Shown: positions 26,629 through 36,160, counted from the first letter of the stretch. The stretch: 64,000 nucleotides of DNA from Pseudobdellovibrionaceae bacterium (GCA_039810425.1 JBDHWW010000003.1:4121-68120); one strand, 5' to 3'. Numbers and translations: made by a program. Notes: a model not told the origin generated them from the letters alone.

Positions 26629-26662
26629 GGGGCGGAGTCGCACAACTCCGCCCCTTTATATT
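26629..26662 (+). terminator. Rho-independent terminator
   Basis: 10-bp GC-rich stem GGGGCGGAGT/ACTCCGCCCC with a 6-nt loop, then TTTATATTATT. It abuts the stop of the convergent DUF2723 gene. Confidence 0.7.
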
Positions 26663-28487
26663 ATTCAGAGAGATGAGACAGGAACTTTTCCGCGCGCGCG
26701 TGGATTTGATCTTGCTCCGCTTTGAGCTCTGGCGTGAACTTGAGCAGTTTTTCATATACTTCAAGATTCATGAACGGCGCTTGGATAGATGCCACCGAAA
26801 CCGGACGAGGCTGAATCGGCGCTTGCTCCACTTCATCAAGGAGAACTTTTAAGCTATCCAAGTACAATCGATGCTCGCGTGCAATAAAATCCAAAGGCAC
26901 CCGCGATGATGGGAGTTTTAATTCCAAGCCGCTGCCAATCGGCGTGACCTGCATATCCGGCATATTGAAAATGTTTAAATCCCCGGGATACATCGCAAAA
27001 ATTCGATAGCCCTTCGCCAGGGCACGGGCAAAAATATCCAGCATAATCGATTCGCGGGGTTTGCCGGCAAACAGATACGACGGCTCGAGCAGGTGCTGCA
27101 CCAAGCGCAACTCAGATTTACCTTGGAACTGGCCGGTAATGACCGTGGCGATGCTAAAAAAGTAACAGCGGTAATTCGTTTGGAACTCATTGTAATACCT
27201 GCCGCCAAAATGAAATGGATCCGACAAGCCAAATACCAGGCAGCGGTTATATTGCGGATCGACCTCCGTATCCGGCTGAGGCCCCATCGTGCGCTCAATC
27301 ACGCGGTAAGTTTGCGCGATCTGAAAGTCCATCGTCGAATAGTGGCGATAGTTCAATCGGGTCAGCGAATAACTACCAGCCACCAGGGCCATGACGGCCG
27401 CTAGGACGTATACTTTCGTATCGCGCTTCTGGCTGAGTTTTTCGACGCCGAAAATCAGCGGATAAATTAACAGAAAGCCTGGAAACGTCAGGTAGCGAAC
27501 GAAGGCATTTTTACCCTCGAGGCTCTCTACCGGAAAATTCGCCATAAGACAGAATGCCGCTACAAAAACCACTAACGTTACCACAGATAAAACTGCTGTG
27601 GCCGACACTGGCTTACGTGCCCGCCAGAAAAATGGAATCGCCACCAAGCCCGCCAGCAGGCCGACCCCAAATGTGCTTTTAAAGAGCCCTTCGGCGATGA
27701 GTATAAAAATCTCCCAGGCCGGGACCCCATCGGCGGTTCCCGTCATTTGGAAAGTTCCATAGCCTTTGCGCAAAACCACGAACAATAAATCCTGCAAAGT
27801 GTTCACAGAGTAATAAGTATATGCCGGATCATGCGACGTCGCGATGAAGTAGTAAGCCATGGGTAAAAGGCCGAGCGCAAACCCCGCAGCAAACAAAGAA
27901 AAGCCCTTAACCCAACGGCCTTTCATAAAGCCGCGGATCAACAAACAGCCCGACGCCGGAACCATCAAAGCCATCAAGTGATGATGGCAAAGGCCCAAAC
28001 CGTACACCAAACCGATCATAAAAACATATTGAAGCTCGTGCTTCTCGTCAAAGCACTGATGAAAATAAATCAACGCCGCGACTAGAGTGAGGTTCAAAGT
28101 GAATACTTCTGGGATTAGAATGTATTGTTGAACTATTCCCTGCGCGAGGAAAATGAGAACTGCCACAAGCGCCGCATTTTTATTCGCCGCTAATGTCTTA
28201 AATAAAAAAAAGCAGGCGGCCCACGCGGCCAGAATATTCACCCAAAACTGGGCATCAAACGGGTTCTGGGTGAAAATAAATAAGAGCTTTCCCAAAAGAA
28301 CATACAGCGGATATCCCGGGGCATGCGGGATTCCCCAGCCTTGGATCGCTGTCGCAAAATCACTGGCATCAAAAAAAGAAAGCCCCTCGTGTCTTAAGTA
28401 AAAACTGACGAGAGTAAAAAGCAGAAAAACAAACTGACTGGCTAAGAACTGCTGGTTAAGGCTCGCCGCCTTTTTCAAGTATGTCAT
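26661..28487 (-). CDS. DUF2723/TMEM260-like GT-C membrane glycosyltransferase
   Basis: N-terminus ...FDASDFATAIQGWGIPHAPGYPLYVLLGKL matches the DUF2723 signature (GIxHPPGYPLY). About 10 TM segments plus a soluble C-domain. Confidence 0.7.
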   Translation of the reverse strand: MTYLKKAASLNQQFLASQFVFLLFTLVSFYLRHEGLSFFDASDFATAIQGWGIPHAPGYPLYVLLGKLLFIFTQNPFDAQFWVNILAAWAACFFLFKTLAANKNAALVAVLIFLAQGIVQQYILIPEVFTLNLTLVAALIYFHQCFDEKHELQYVFMIGLVYGLGLCHHHLMALMVPASGCLLIRGFMKGRWVKGFSLFAAGFALGLLPMAYYFIATSHDPAYTYYSVNTLQDLLFVVLRKGYGTFQMTGTADGVPAWEIFILIAEGLFKSTFGVGLLAGLVAIPFFWRARKPVSATAVLSVVTLVVFVAAFCLMANFPVESLEGKNAFVRYLTFPGFLLIYPLIFGVEKLSQKRDTKVYVLAAVMALVAGSYSLTRLNYRHYSTMDFQIAQTYRVIERTMGPQPDTEVDPQYNRCLVFGLSDPFHFGGRYYNEFQTNYRCYFFSIATVITGQFQGKSELRLVQHLLEPSYLFAGKPRESIMLDIFARALAKGYRIFAMYPGDLNIFNMPDMQVTPIGSGLELKLPSSRVPLDFIAREHRLYLDSLKVLLDEVEQAPIQPRPVSVASIQAPFMNLEVYEKLLKFTPELKAEQDQIHARAEKFLSHLSE

Positions 28488-28525
28488 ATAAAGTCTTTCA
28501 GCCCGTCCAAATGTTCCAACGCCCG

Positions 28526-29836
28526 CTATTCCACGAAGTGCGTGAACATCTTTAGATAAAATCCTTCTGGGAATTGCAAGATCGTCGGATGGTCCGCCGC
28601 GTGCCCACCACGAGTGAGGTTGCGGCCTTGCCAGTTATTACGCTGAATAGCTTTACGAATCGCCTCTTTAAAATCCTCTTCTTCAAGAAGTCCGGAACAA
28701 GAACACGACACCACAAAACGCTGCGCTTTAATCATACGGAAGGCTTGAGTGTTCAATTTTAAGTAAGCATGGCGCCCCGTGGGAATATCCTTCTTCGCTT
28801 TGATAAACGCCGGCGGATCCGCGATAATGATATCAAAGCTGCGGCTTTCAAACTTATCAAGACCTTCCAACACATCCACTTTATGGGCTGTGACTTGAGC
28901 ACCTTCGCGTTCCGCATTCAACTTGGCAAATGCCAAGGCGGATTCAGACACATCACCGAGGTGCACTTCCACCTCAAAATCCTGAGTCTTCAGCGCCCGC
29001 GAGATCTGTGTCGCCCAGTGACCGGCGTAGCAGCAAAGGTCCAAAATGCGGATCGGCTTTGCTTTCAATTCTGGATGCGCCTTCGCCCAGTTTTTAAAAA
29101 GCTGAACAGCTTGAAAAATATTTTGTGTCTGATCCAAGAAGAAGCCGGTTTTCTGACCCTCGGCAAGATCGCACTGCATGCGAATCACGCCTTCGTCACT
29201 CGCGGAATTCAAAAGAATATCCACTTTCGTGAGATCCATAGCCGGAATTCCTTTAATCGTTTTCGGAGCTTGAATCTCCAGACCTTCAAGCTTTCGCACG
29301 TTCACATCATTACGCAAAACCACGGCCGTTTCATCCCAACCCAGTGTTGTCAGATTCTGTTTCCGCGCCTCCTCTACGAGGAGCTTAAAAAAGCCCACCG
29401 CGTCTTGCAGGGCCTTATCCAAACCCGCCGTCACCAATTGAGACGCGAAGACTTGGCCATTCTTGCCGTTTTGCTCGACGAGGTAATAATCTAAAACCAA
29501 TCCCGGCAGGAAATCGGCTTCACCAAAGCACAGACGGAAGCTGCCACGAAAACCCGCGTTCTTGCGAACCTGCCAGGCTTGCGTGAGTTTCTTAATCAGC
29601 GCCGGAAAGCCCAGCGGTTCGCGTTCTTCGGCGTTGAAGCTCACGGCGCGGAATGAAATCAAAGAATGTGGATTGCCATAACCCCGCGCCAGAAAACCGC
29701 CCTTGCAATCTTGAAGCTCGACGAATGAACCCAGGCCAATCCCCTTTGGGCTGCTGGAGAGTTCATTAGAGAAAACCCACGGGTGGCCGCCGCGAATGCG
29801 CTTGTCAGCGCCCTGACGTAATTTCCAGATCACCAT
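28526..29836 (-). CDS. rlmI: class I SAM-dependent rRNA (m5C) methyltransferase, RlmI-like
   Basis: PUA-like N-terminus RIRGGHPWVFSNEL. SAM-binding ILDLCCYAGHW. DPPAF catalytic motif (IIADPPAFIK). Confidence 0.75.
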   Translation of the reverse strand: MVIWKLRQGADKRIRGGHPWVFSNELSSSPKGIGLGSFVELQDCKGGFLARGYGNPHSLISFRAVSFNAEEREPLGFPALIKKLTQAWQVRKNAGFRGSFRLCFGEADFLPGLVLDYYLVEQNGKNGQVFASQLVTAGLDKALQDAVGFFKLLVEEARKQNLTTLGWDETAVVLRNDVNVRKLEGLEIQAPKTIKGIPAMDLTKVDILLNSASDEGVIRMQCDLAEGQKTGFFLDQTQNIFQAVQLFKNWAKAHPELKAKPIRILDLCCYAGHWATQISRALKTQDFEVEVHLGDVSESALAFAKLNAEREGAQVTAHKVDVLEGLDKFESRSFDIIIADPPAFIKAKKDIPTGRHAYLKLNTQAFRMIKAQRFVVSCSCSGLLEEEDFKEAIRKAIQRNNWQGRNLTRGGHAADHPTILQFPEGFYLKMFTHFVE

Positions 29837-30924
29837 GACTCAACCTCTTTAACTGCAAATACCAACAACGTGGTTTTCTCTTTAGCGGAAAAATTATTAT
29901 CACTCATGACCAGCAAACTCTTCCGTCCATCCGGCAGAACCGGCCCCCAGGCCAGGGCCTCAAAGTTTTCCAACGTCTGATTTTTAAATAGTTCTTCAAA
30001 GTCGATGAGCTTTGTCTTCTTCATTGCCGTGGATTTACCATCCGCTAAGCTCTGCACGGCAGAAACTTCTTTGGCGCCTGAGGTTTCTGCCAAGTACAGA
30101 CCACCGGAGTAGGCGATCCCCTTCTTGGTTAGGCGAACTCCACGCTCAAGAACGATAAACTTTCCTTCGCTGACGTATAGAATCTCGGAAATGCCGCGAA
30201 AGATCTCCGCACCCATGGGGCTCTTCGGCATCCGAGTCATCATATAAGGATACTCCGCCGATGCTTTGAAGCTGTCGTTGTCTTTTTTGAATTCCACCAG
30301 GCGCAACCAGAAGTGTAAATCGTCATCGCTTTGATCTGCGATAATTGGATACTCGTTCATGATGTAAAGACTCTGGCCATTTGGGCTTGCCGTCATGCCT
30401 TCAAAGCCGTGGTTGTTCTCGATGCCTTTTTTCTGAAGCCCGGTGGGCTCCGGTAAAAACTTGTCCGGCAACGGAATCTCGGATTTATAGACTCCTGTTG
30501 CCGAAGTCACAAAGATGTGCGGCATCGCGCGGGGCTTTTTATTGTTATCACCTTCAGTGCTGATACCAAGATCACCCTTCGGCAGGCTGACGATGGCTTC
30601 ATCGTCAAGCACCCAGTTCTTTGGTGTTTCTTTCAAGTGCCGTGCCTTCGTCACTCTGAGATCCACTTTGCCCACACTGATTTTCATATCGAGTTCGTAA
30701 AAGCGGGGCGGACCGAATTTGCCACGATCATCGCTCACGGCGGTGAGAGCGCTACCGTCCCAGAACATTCCGGACAGTCCGCCGACAACTTCTCTGTCGA
30801 GCATCAATTTGGGTGCGAGGCTTGTTTGGGCATAGAGTTCAACCTGCAAGCTCTTGGCATTCGCCAGAGGGGCTTGGGCCAAGGCCGCCACGAATAGCAG
30901 AATTCTTAAAACTAGCTGCGCCAT
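29830..30924 (-). CDS. secreted esterase-like/phytase-like (PF13449-type) protein
   Basis: Signal peptide MAQLVLRILLFVAALAQAPLANA. VVGGLSGMFWDGSALTAVSDDRG resembles the phytase-like esterase family. ATG at 30924 overlaps the Rieske gene end by 13 nt. Confidence 0.6.
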   Translation of the reverse strand: MAQLVLRILLFVAALAQAPLANAKSLQVELYAQTSLAPKLMLDREVVGGLSGMFWDGSALTAVSDDRGKFGPPRFYELDMKISVGKVDLRVTKARHLKETPKNWVLDDEAIVSLPKGDLGISTEGDNNKKPRAMPHIFVTSATGVYKSEIPLPDKFLPEPTGLQKKGIENNHGFEGMTASPNGQSLYIMNEYPIIADQSDDDLHFWLRLVEFKKDNDSFKASAEYPYMMTRMPKSPMGAEIFRGISEILYVSEGKFIVLERGVRLTKKGIAYSGGLYLAETSGAKEVSAVQSLADGKSTAMKKTKLIDFEELFKNQTLENFEALAWGPVLPDGRKSLLVMSDNNFSAKEKTTLLVFAVKEVESW

Positions 30925-31952
30925 CTCAGGTCGGTCTCTTTCACCGGGTTGTGGAAATCCCGTTTTTCTTCCAGATGTTTTTCCCATTCCGTTTTTAAGG
31001 CATAGTACCACTTAGCCTGAGAGTCCGCATCTTTGATCAACATCAGGCTAGGATCATACCTGAGGCCGTCTTGTTGCTTGGAAACCGCATCCATATCCTG
31101 GTGCAAGAAAACCTTTGTAAATTTGTGAATGGCTGGCTTAATCAGACTCAGCCAGGGAATGTCCCAATAAGCCATCTGGTGAATCACGGTTTCTTTCTCA
31201 TTCACCGGGGTCAGAGCCGTATAAGAATAGAAACTGCGCTCACCGACCTGAACGTGTTCTACCCGCACGCAGGGAAGACTGAAAGTGATTTCCGTCGTCG
31301 GCACGCCGCCGAGAATTTTATAAGCTTTCGAGTTTGAGGACGGCTGATGGCGCACCATCTGAAAACCATGTTCCACCGGCGCGAATTTTTTACGTTTTTC
31401 ATGCATGGTTTTTTCTGAGCGCCAAAACCAGCTCTTATGAACATAAGGACCATGCGCCGGATCCATCAAACCGATCACCGCATGATCGATGTGGCATGGA
31501 AAAATACATTTTTCGAGAATCTTCGGCTGCACGTCCGCCGGCAGTCCCTTCATGTACGGAGGCTCTGGGGCCTGGGAAATATCAAAGTTCTTGTCACCTA
31601 CGAAAACCCAAATCAGCCCTTGCTGCTCTTTCACCGGATAGTGGCGAACCTTAATTTTTGTGCAATCTAAATCCTGGCCCTCGCACAAAGACGGGATCTC
31701 AGTACAAGTGCCCTCGCCGTTGAACTTCCAACCATGGTATGGACACTCCACTTGGTCTTTCACGACGCGGCCATAGCTCAAAGGAATGCCCCGATGGGGG
31801 CAGATGTCACGAATGCCCGAGATTTTGTTTTGCGAATCACGGAAAAACACAATGGGATCACCCAAGATTACGCGCGACTGCATTTTGTTTGCTTTTAATT
31901 CGCTGCTCGGGAGAGCCACATACCATACGTTACGAAGAAAAGTTTGTTGCAT
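30912..31952 (-). CDS. Rieske [2Fe-2S] non-heme-iron oxygenase (PaO/Tic55-like)
   Basis: Rieske motif CPHRGIPLSYG...CPYHGWKF, followed by a catalytic domain with a DHAVIGLMDPAHGPYVH iron-site-like region. Confidence 0.8.
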   Translation of the reverse strand: MQQTFLRNVWYVALPSSELKANKMQSRVILGDPIVFFRDSQNKISGIRDICPHRGIPLSYGRVVKDQVECPYHGWKFNGEGTCTEIPSLCEGQDLDCTKIKVRHYPVKEQQGLIWVFVGDKNFDISQAPEPPYMKGLPADVQPKILEKCIFPCHIDHAVIGLMDPAHGPYVHKSWFWRSEKTMHEKRKKFAPVEHGFQMVRHQPSSNSKAYKILGGVPTTEITFSLPCVRVEHVQVGERSFYSYTALTPVNEKETVIHQMAYWDIPWLSLIKPAIHKFTKVFLHQDMDAVSKQQDGLRYDPSLMLIKDADSQAKWYYALKTEWEKHLEEKRDFHNPVKETDLRWRS

Positions 31953-31964
31953 TGAAAACCCTCC

Positions 31965-32825
31965 CTATGAGCGACGAAGGCCCGCACGAACCTCGGCGAG
32001 GAAAACAGTATTTTCTAAAAGAGAAGTAATGGTCATCGGGCCCACACCACCCGGCACCGGAGTAATTGCTGAAACGATATCCGCAAGCTCTTCAAAACGC
32101 ACGTCCCCACAGAGTTCTCCTCCGCCCGTGCCGTGCATGCCGACATCCACCACCACGGAACCTTGCTTGAAATCCTCGCGGCCCAAGAAGCGTTTTTGCC
32201 CTGCTGCTACAACGACGATATCTGCACGCGAAGTGTAGTCACGTACGCTACGGGTTTTTGAATGGCAGATCGTCACCGTCGCATTGGCTTCATTCAGAAG
32301 CATCGCCATCGGTTTGCCAACGATTTGACTGCGGCCGACAACAACTGCGTTCATCCCTCCAACGTCGACTTTGTAATGTTCAAGAATGTTCATGATTCCC
32401 ATCGGAGTGCAGGGCTTCACAAACGGGCTCCCCAGGGCTAAGTAACCGGCATTCACATAAGTCAGACCATCGGCATCTTTCTCAGCCATGATGTTACGAA
32501 GAACCGGCTCGAGCCGAAGCTGTCTCGGAAGTGGCAACTGCACAAGGATGCCGTCGACTTTGGAATCCAAATTCAATCTCTCGATCCACTGATTGAGATC
32601 GTCCTGGGTCGCCGCCGCGGGTAGGGTGTAAATTGATGAATCCAATCCTGTCTTCTGACAAGCCCGGTGCTTACTTCGCACATACACCTGGCTTGCGGGA
32701 TCTTCTCCGACAAGAACAACTGAGAGCTGTGGCGCTCGGCCCGTAGCTCTCTTAAAGTTTTCAATTCTTGGTTTTAAAGCCTCTCTGCGGACCGCAGCGA
32801 CGTTTTTTCCATCCAAGAGGATCAT
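31965..32825 (-). CDS. folD: bifunctional methylene-THF dehydrogenase/methenyl-THF cyclohydrolase
   Basis: ILLDGKNVAA...LSVVLVGEDPASQVYVRSK...VVGRSQIVGKPMAMLL...TPVPGGVGPMT is canonical FolD. ATG at 32825 has an AGGTGG RBS. Confidence 0.9.
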   Translation of the reverse strand: MILLDGKNVAAVRREALKPRIENFKRATGRAPQLSVVLVGEDPASQVYVRSKHRACQKTGLDSSIYTLPAAATQDDLNQWIERLNLDSKVDGILVQLPLPRQLRLEPVLRNIMAEKDADGLTYVNAGYLALGSPFVKPCTPMGIMNILEHYKVDVGGMNAVVVGRSQIVGKPMAMLLNEANATVTICHSKTRSVRDYTSRADIVVVAAGQKRFLGREDFKQGSVVVDVGMHGTGGGELCGDVRFEELADIVSAITPVPGGVGPMTITSLLENTVFLAEVRAGLRRS

Positions 32826-32933
32826 CGAGTACCACCTTTGATATCTCAATTTGTTCTATTTCACTAAGAAATTCAATAATTTATCACAAAAAATTATCGG
32901 CTAAATGCTCTGCAACCGGCCATGGGTGCTGTC

Positions 32934-32962
32934 TTGACCGCAACAGTGCCATAGTTTATTGT
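32934..32962 (+). promoter_or_regulatory. sigma-70-type promoter for the small H1-tail protein gene
   Basis: TTGACC (32934..32939), a 17-nt spacer, then TATTGT (32957..32962). GGAGG RBS at 32981 and ATG at 32994. Confidence 0.5.
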
Positions 32963-32993
32963 ACAAATTCTTGAAACCACGGAGGAATTTAAA

Positions 32994-33281
32994 ATGGCTG
33001 AAAAAGTGAAACTTTCCAAAGATGGAAGTTCGATCGACTTTGTTCAATCTGACAGCATCCCTACGTCCCTAAAAAAGTTCCGCCAAAGCCCGGAGATCGA
33101 AGGGTTCTACCGTTTCGTTTTCGAGAATGATTTGCAAAAAGAATCTTACGAAATCCTCGATCAAATCATTATTGCTCGCAAGACTAAAAAAGCGACAGCG
33201 GCGAAAGAAGCTAAGGCAGCAGCTAAAGAGGCTGAATCCGCCGCGAAAAACGCAAAAAACATCAAAGCTAAAAAGAAATAG
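32994..33281 (+). CDS. small protein with a Lys/Ala-rich histone-H1-like C-terminal tail
   Basis: 95 aa. The tail is RKTKKATAAKEAKAAAKEAESAAKNAKNIKAKKK. It has its own promoter and terminator. Confidence 0.7.
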   Translation: MAEKVKLSKDGSSIDFVQSDSIPTSLKKFRQSPEIEGFYRFVFENDLQKESYEILDQIIIARKTKKATAAKEAKAAAKEAESAAKNAKNIKAKKK

Positions 33282-33310
33282 CTTTCTGCTTTAGAAACAA
33301 AAGTCCGACG

Positions 33311-33339
33311 AAAGGATCCGCAACCCGGATCCTTTTTTT
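33311..33339 (+). terminator. Rho-independent terminator
   Basis: AAAGGATCCG-caacc-CGGATCCTTT followed by TTTTT. Confidence 0.8.
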
Positions 33340-33368
33340 ATGTCCTCGGCTTAATCGGCCACCCGCCG

Positions 33369-33384
33369 TGGAATCCATTTTGCT
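33369..33384 (+). promoter_or_regulatory. candidate sigma-54 promoter upstream of flp
   Basis: TGGAAT-ccatt-TTGCT has the correct GG-N10-GC spacing. The -24 element is imperfect. It lies only about 25 nt from ATG 33408, so the leader would be very short. Confidence 0.3.
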
Positions 33385-33407
33385 CTGCTGCTCCAGCAGG
33401 AGGGCCC

Positions 33408-33671
33408 ATGTCCCAAAGAATTCTGAAAAACAGCAAAGGCCAAAGCCTGATTGAATATCTGATTATCGTTGCCATCGTCGCAGTGGGAACACTGTCAATC
33501 GTGCGTGTGGTCGGTAAAAACGTCTCCGTGCAATTCGCCAACGTGGCGAAGGCCCTTGGCAGCGGTGATGACAGCCAGCTCAAAGCCGAAAAACTCGATT
33601 CTAAAATGTATAGCAAAAAAGACTTAGGGAACTTCCTGGATGGCGCGACTTCCGGTAGCTCTAAAAAATAG
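33408..33671 (+). CDS. flp: Flp-family type IVb pilin
   Basis: MSQRILKNSKG/QSLIEYLIIVAIVAVGTL has the G/xxxxEY Flp processing motif and a hydrophobic helix. GGAGGG RBS. Confidence 0.85.
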   Translation: MSQRILKNSKGQSLIEYLIIVAIVAVGTLSIVRVVGKNVSVQFANVAKALGSGDDSQLKAEKLDSKMYSKKDLGNFLDGATSGSSKK

Positions 33672-33993
33672 TCGCGGTCAGGCCCTGATCGAAACTCTCG
33701 CACTAAGTTCGGCGCTCGTGGCGGCTCTCGGGGTTTTATTGGGAGTTCTCTATTTTGGTTTCGTGCATATCGGAGCGAACTACTTAATGCATGAGCTTCT
33801 CGTCTGCCAGGCGACTGACGGCGAGCACGGTTGCGAAAAGCAGTTTCGTTCGCGTGCGGGGTCTTTTTTGTTTGCGGCCAAAGTCCTCAGCCTCGAAAGC
33901 CGACAGAACTTCGCAGGCTATGGAGCTCGCTTGATTTTGCAAATGCCGATGAGGCGGACTTTGACCCTGAAAAAAGAACTGCGGATTTACTGA
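33640..33993 (+). CDS. TadE-like pseudopilin
   Basis: N-terminus MARLPVALKNSRGQALIETLALSSALVAALGVLLG has the same (K/R)GQxLIE motif as flp. Overlaps the flp end. Confidence 0.6.
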   Translation: MARLPVALKNSRGQALIETLALSSALVAALGVLLGVLYFGFVHIGANYLMHELLVCQATDGEHGCEKQFRSRAGSFLFAAKVLSLESRQNFAGYGARLILQMPMRRTLTLKKELRIY

Positions 33994-34730
33994 TGAAATC
34001 TTCAGAAGGTTTCGCCACTATTTTATTTTTGTCTTTGCTACCGCTGATCTTAGCTGCGGGAATTGCGCTGTTTTTTGCATTTGACCTTCTGAAGAGTGAT
34101 CTAGCGATCTTAAATGTCTGCCGTGCGAAGGCGTTGGCAGTGCAAAACAAAGCAGGTCGGAATTTGACGAAGTTGTTGAAGCTGAATCCCCGCGCTGTCA
34201 GTTTGCGCGCGGAAGAGGCCCGGGCTGAAAAGATACTGGTTTCCGCCGTGGAAAGCGGGAACCCCGGAGCGATTGCGGCGGCCGAAGCCTACTTGTTGTC
34301 AGTGAAAATGCGGCGTCAAGATCTGCACATCCGTCAAAGAGCCTTGATCGACACGGCAGATGCTTGGCTCGCGGCTGGTGGCACGGAACTACCTCGGGAG
34401 TTACAGCGAGAATGGCTTCAGCATCACCGAGGGCTGTCTTCTTGGCTCGAGAGCCGCTTTCAAACCGGGCGAACGAGTCTTGCAAAGCTTGCGGTTATGG
34501 CGGATCTCCCCGAGGTCGCGCCTGTTTATTTGCTGCGACCTGATTTTGTTGAAGCCCAAGCCTGGAAGCAGACCTGGAGTTTTCGGCTGACAACAATAGG
34601 CTGGGCACGAAGATATCTAAATTTTAACGGAGGCTTTGAAAGATCATGCACGGTTTCGTTGTATGTCGACGGCGAAGAATGGTTCGCCCGTCTGAAAAAG
34701 GACAAGTTCTCATCGAAGGGCTCTTTGTAA
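33993..34730 (+). CDS. Tad-locus membrane-anchored protein (TadG/TadF-like)
   Basis: The TGATG junction with the previous gene places the ATG at 33993. N-terminal anchor MKSSEGFATILFLSLLPLILAAGIALFFAF. The track start at 33831 is rejected. Confidence 0.55.
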   Translation: MKSSEGFATILFLSLLPLILAAGIALFFAFDLLKSDLAILNVCRAKALAVQNKAGRNLTKLLKLNPRAVSLRAEEARAEKILVSAVESGNPGAIAAAEAYLLSVKMRRQDLHIRQRALIDTADAWLAAGGTELPRELQREWLQHHRGLSSWLESRFQTGRTSLAKLAVMADLPEVAPVYLLRPDFVEAQAWKQTWSFRLTTIGWARRYLNFNGGFERSCTVSLYVDGEEWFARLKKDKFSSKGSL

Positions 34731-34840
34731 TGATTTTTTTCACCGGTATTTTACTGGTATTGATGAGTTTCGTTAGAAACCAAAACGGAGTGATGAAAAA
34801 CTATGAGCTACCTGCAAAAATTAAATATAAAAACCGATAA
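34646..34840 (+). CDS. small TadE-like pseudopilin
   Basis: ...RPSEKGQVLIEGLFVMIFFTGILLVLMSF is the third copy of the GQxLIE motif. GGAGG lies upstream of ATG 34646. It overlaps its neighbours in other frames. Confidence 0.45.
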   Translation: MHGFVVCRRRRMVRPSEKGQVLIEGLFVMIFFTGILLVLMSFVRNQNGVMKNYELPAKIKYKNR

Positions 34841-35282
34841 AGCACTTCTTATTGCTTTCGTCGGCTTAGGTGGCGCGATTTTGCTCTTAAACTTACTCGC
34901 CTCGTCCTCGACTTCGAGCGAGACTGCGGCTTCCCACAAAGACGAAGGCTATGCCGTCGACACAATGATTCCCGCGGGGTATCTCCTGATTCCCTTGGAG
35001 CTTAGCAATGCAGAATCACTGTCTTCTCTTTCAGGAAGCTTCTCGATTGTGGATCTGTATGTCACTGGTGATAAAGAAAAAAAGGGATTTAAAATCGCAG
35101 CCGCGGTCAAACTATTGCGAGCGCCACTAAACCCCCAGCAATTCGCAGTCTTGGTGCGTGAGGAGGACAGCGGAAAGATTGTCACACATGAAGGTCCCTT
35201 CTTCGCCGCGCTTAAAAACCCAAACGAAGTTTCCAAAGCCCGAACGACCAAGAATCCCCTCTTGATTCAATATGGAGAATAA
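34803..35282 (+). CDS. short CpaB/RcpC-like pilus assembly protein
   Basis: N-terminal TM segment ALLIAFVGLGGAILLLNLL, then IPAGYLLIPLEL...SFSIVDLYVTGDK resembling the CpaB C-terminal beta-clip region. Genomic context supports the call. Confidence 0.5.
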   Translation: MSYLQKLNIKTDKALLIAFVGLGGAILLLNLLASSSTSSETAASHKDEGYAVDTMIPAGYLLIPLELSNAESLSSLSGSFSIVDLYVTGDKEKKGFKIAAAVKLLRAPLNPQQFAVLVREEDSGKIVTHEGPFFAALKNPNEVSKARTTKNPLLIQYGE

Positions 35283-35287
35283 GTGTT

Positions 35288-36160
35288 ATGTTACAAAGAT
35301 ATGCTTTACTAGCCGTGCTGGTTTTTTTGAATTCCGCCCTGCCTTCGACTGCAAAAGCGATCTTGTTTCAGTCGCCGGGCTCAAACTCCGAAGAATTTCA
35401 AAACCATGCTCTTGGAAAAAATCAACTGACTTACACCCAGTGGGTTGAAAAAAATTTACAGGAGCCCGCGACAGAGCCCCATCCGCAAGTTCTTGAGTTC
35501 TCTCAACGGGCGCTTCAAGAAAAATCCTCGAAGCAGCTTGCCGCCGATTGGAAACGGATTCGACTCAATATTGATTTGAACCGGCTTGATCGCGAGATTT
35601 TGCTTTTACTTGCGGAAAAATTGCATGTGACTCAAGAACTCTGCCGCTATCTTCTTTTGGAGCCCGAAATGGCTGAACTCCTTAAGAATCCTGCTCCATC
35701 CGCCCTCTGCTCATCGCAGGCGGTTGCGCTGCCGGAGTCATTGCTCGCACACATTGATGCTCACGATCTGATTCTCATAGATGGGAAAGGGTTTACGAAA
35801 AACCAACTGCCCCCTCGTCTTGTGAACGGCTCTTACCAGTGGAAATTTGTTTCGAATCGCTTTGAGGACCGCCGTTTCACTGGGGATGCCAACGACTTGG
35901 CGGCGCTAAAAACCCCGCCACAGCCCTGGGTTCTAGGAGACTGCCAGAGTTACCGGTTTCCGAATTTAGATTTTTCTCTTCAGCTTCAATCGCAGGTCTA
36001 TTTTAGCAACGCCTGCGTCCAACCAGGAATCCCCAAAGAGAAAACCTGGGGTGATTGGGCCTCAAATCACAAAACTCTGCTTTGGGTTGTCGGCATTGTT
36101 GCGACGGGTATAGCCGCCAGTCAATTGAAAGATAAAACTTTAGTGATCACGAAGCCTTGA
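35288..36160 (+). CDS. secreted, C-terminally anchored hypothetical protein (last gene of the flp-proximal block)
   Basis: Signal peptide MLQRYALLAVLVFLNSALPSTAKA and a C-terminal TM segment LLWVVGIVATGIAASQL. No motif recognised. Confidence 0.6.
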   Translation: MLQRYALLAVLVFLNSALPSTAKAILFQSPGSNSEEFQNHALGKNQLTYTQWVEKNLQEPATEPHPQVLEFSQRALQEKSSKQLAADWKRIRLNIDLNRLDREILLLLAEKLHVTQELCRYLLLEPEMAELLKNPAPSALCSSQAVALPESLLAHIDAHDLILIDGKGFTKNQLPPRLVNGSYQWKFVSNRFEDRRFTGDANDLAALKTPPQPWVLGDCQSYRFPNLDFSLQLQSQVYFSNACVQPGIPKEKTWGDWASNHKTLLWVVGIVATGIAASQLKDKTLVITKP

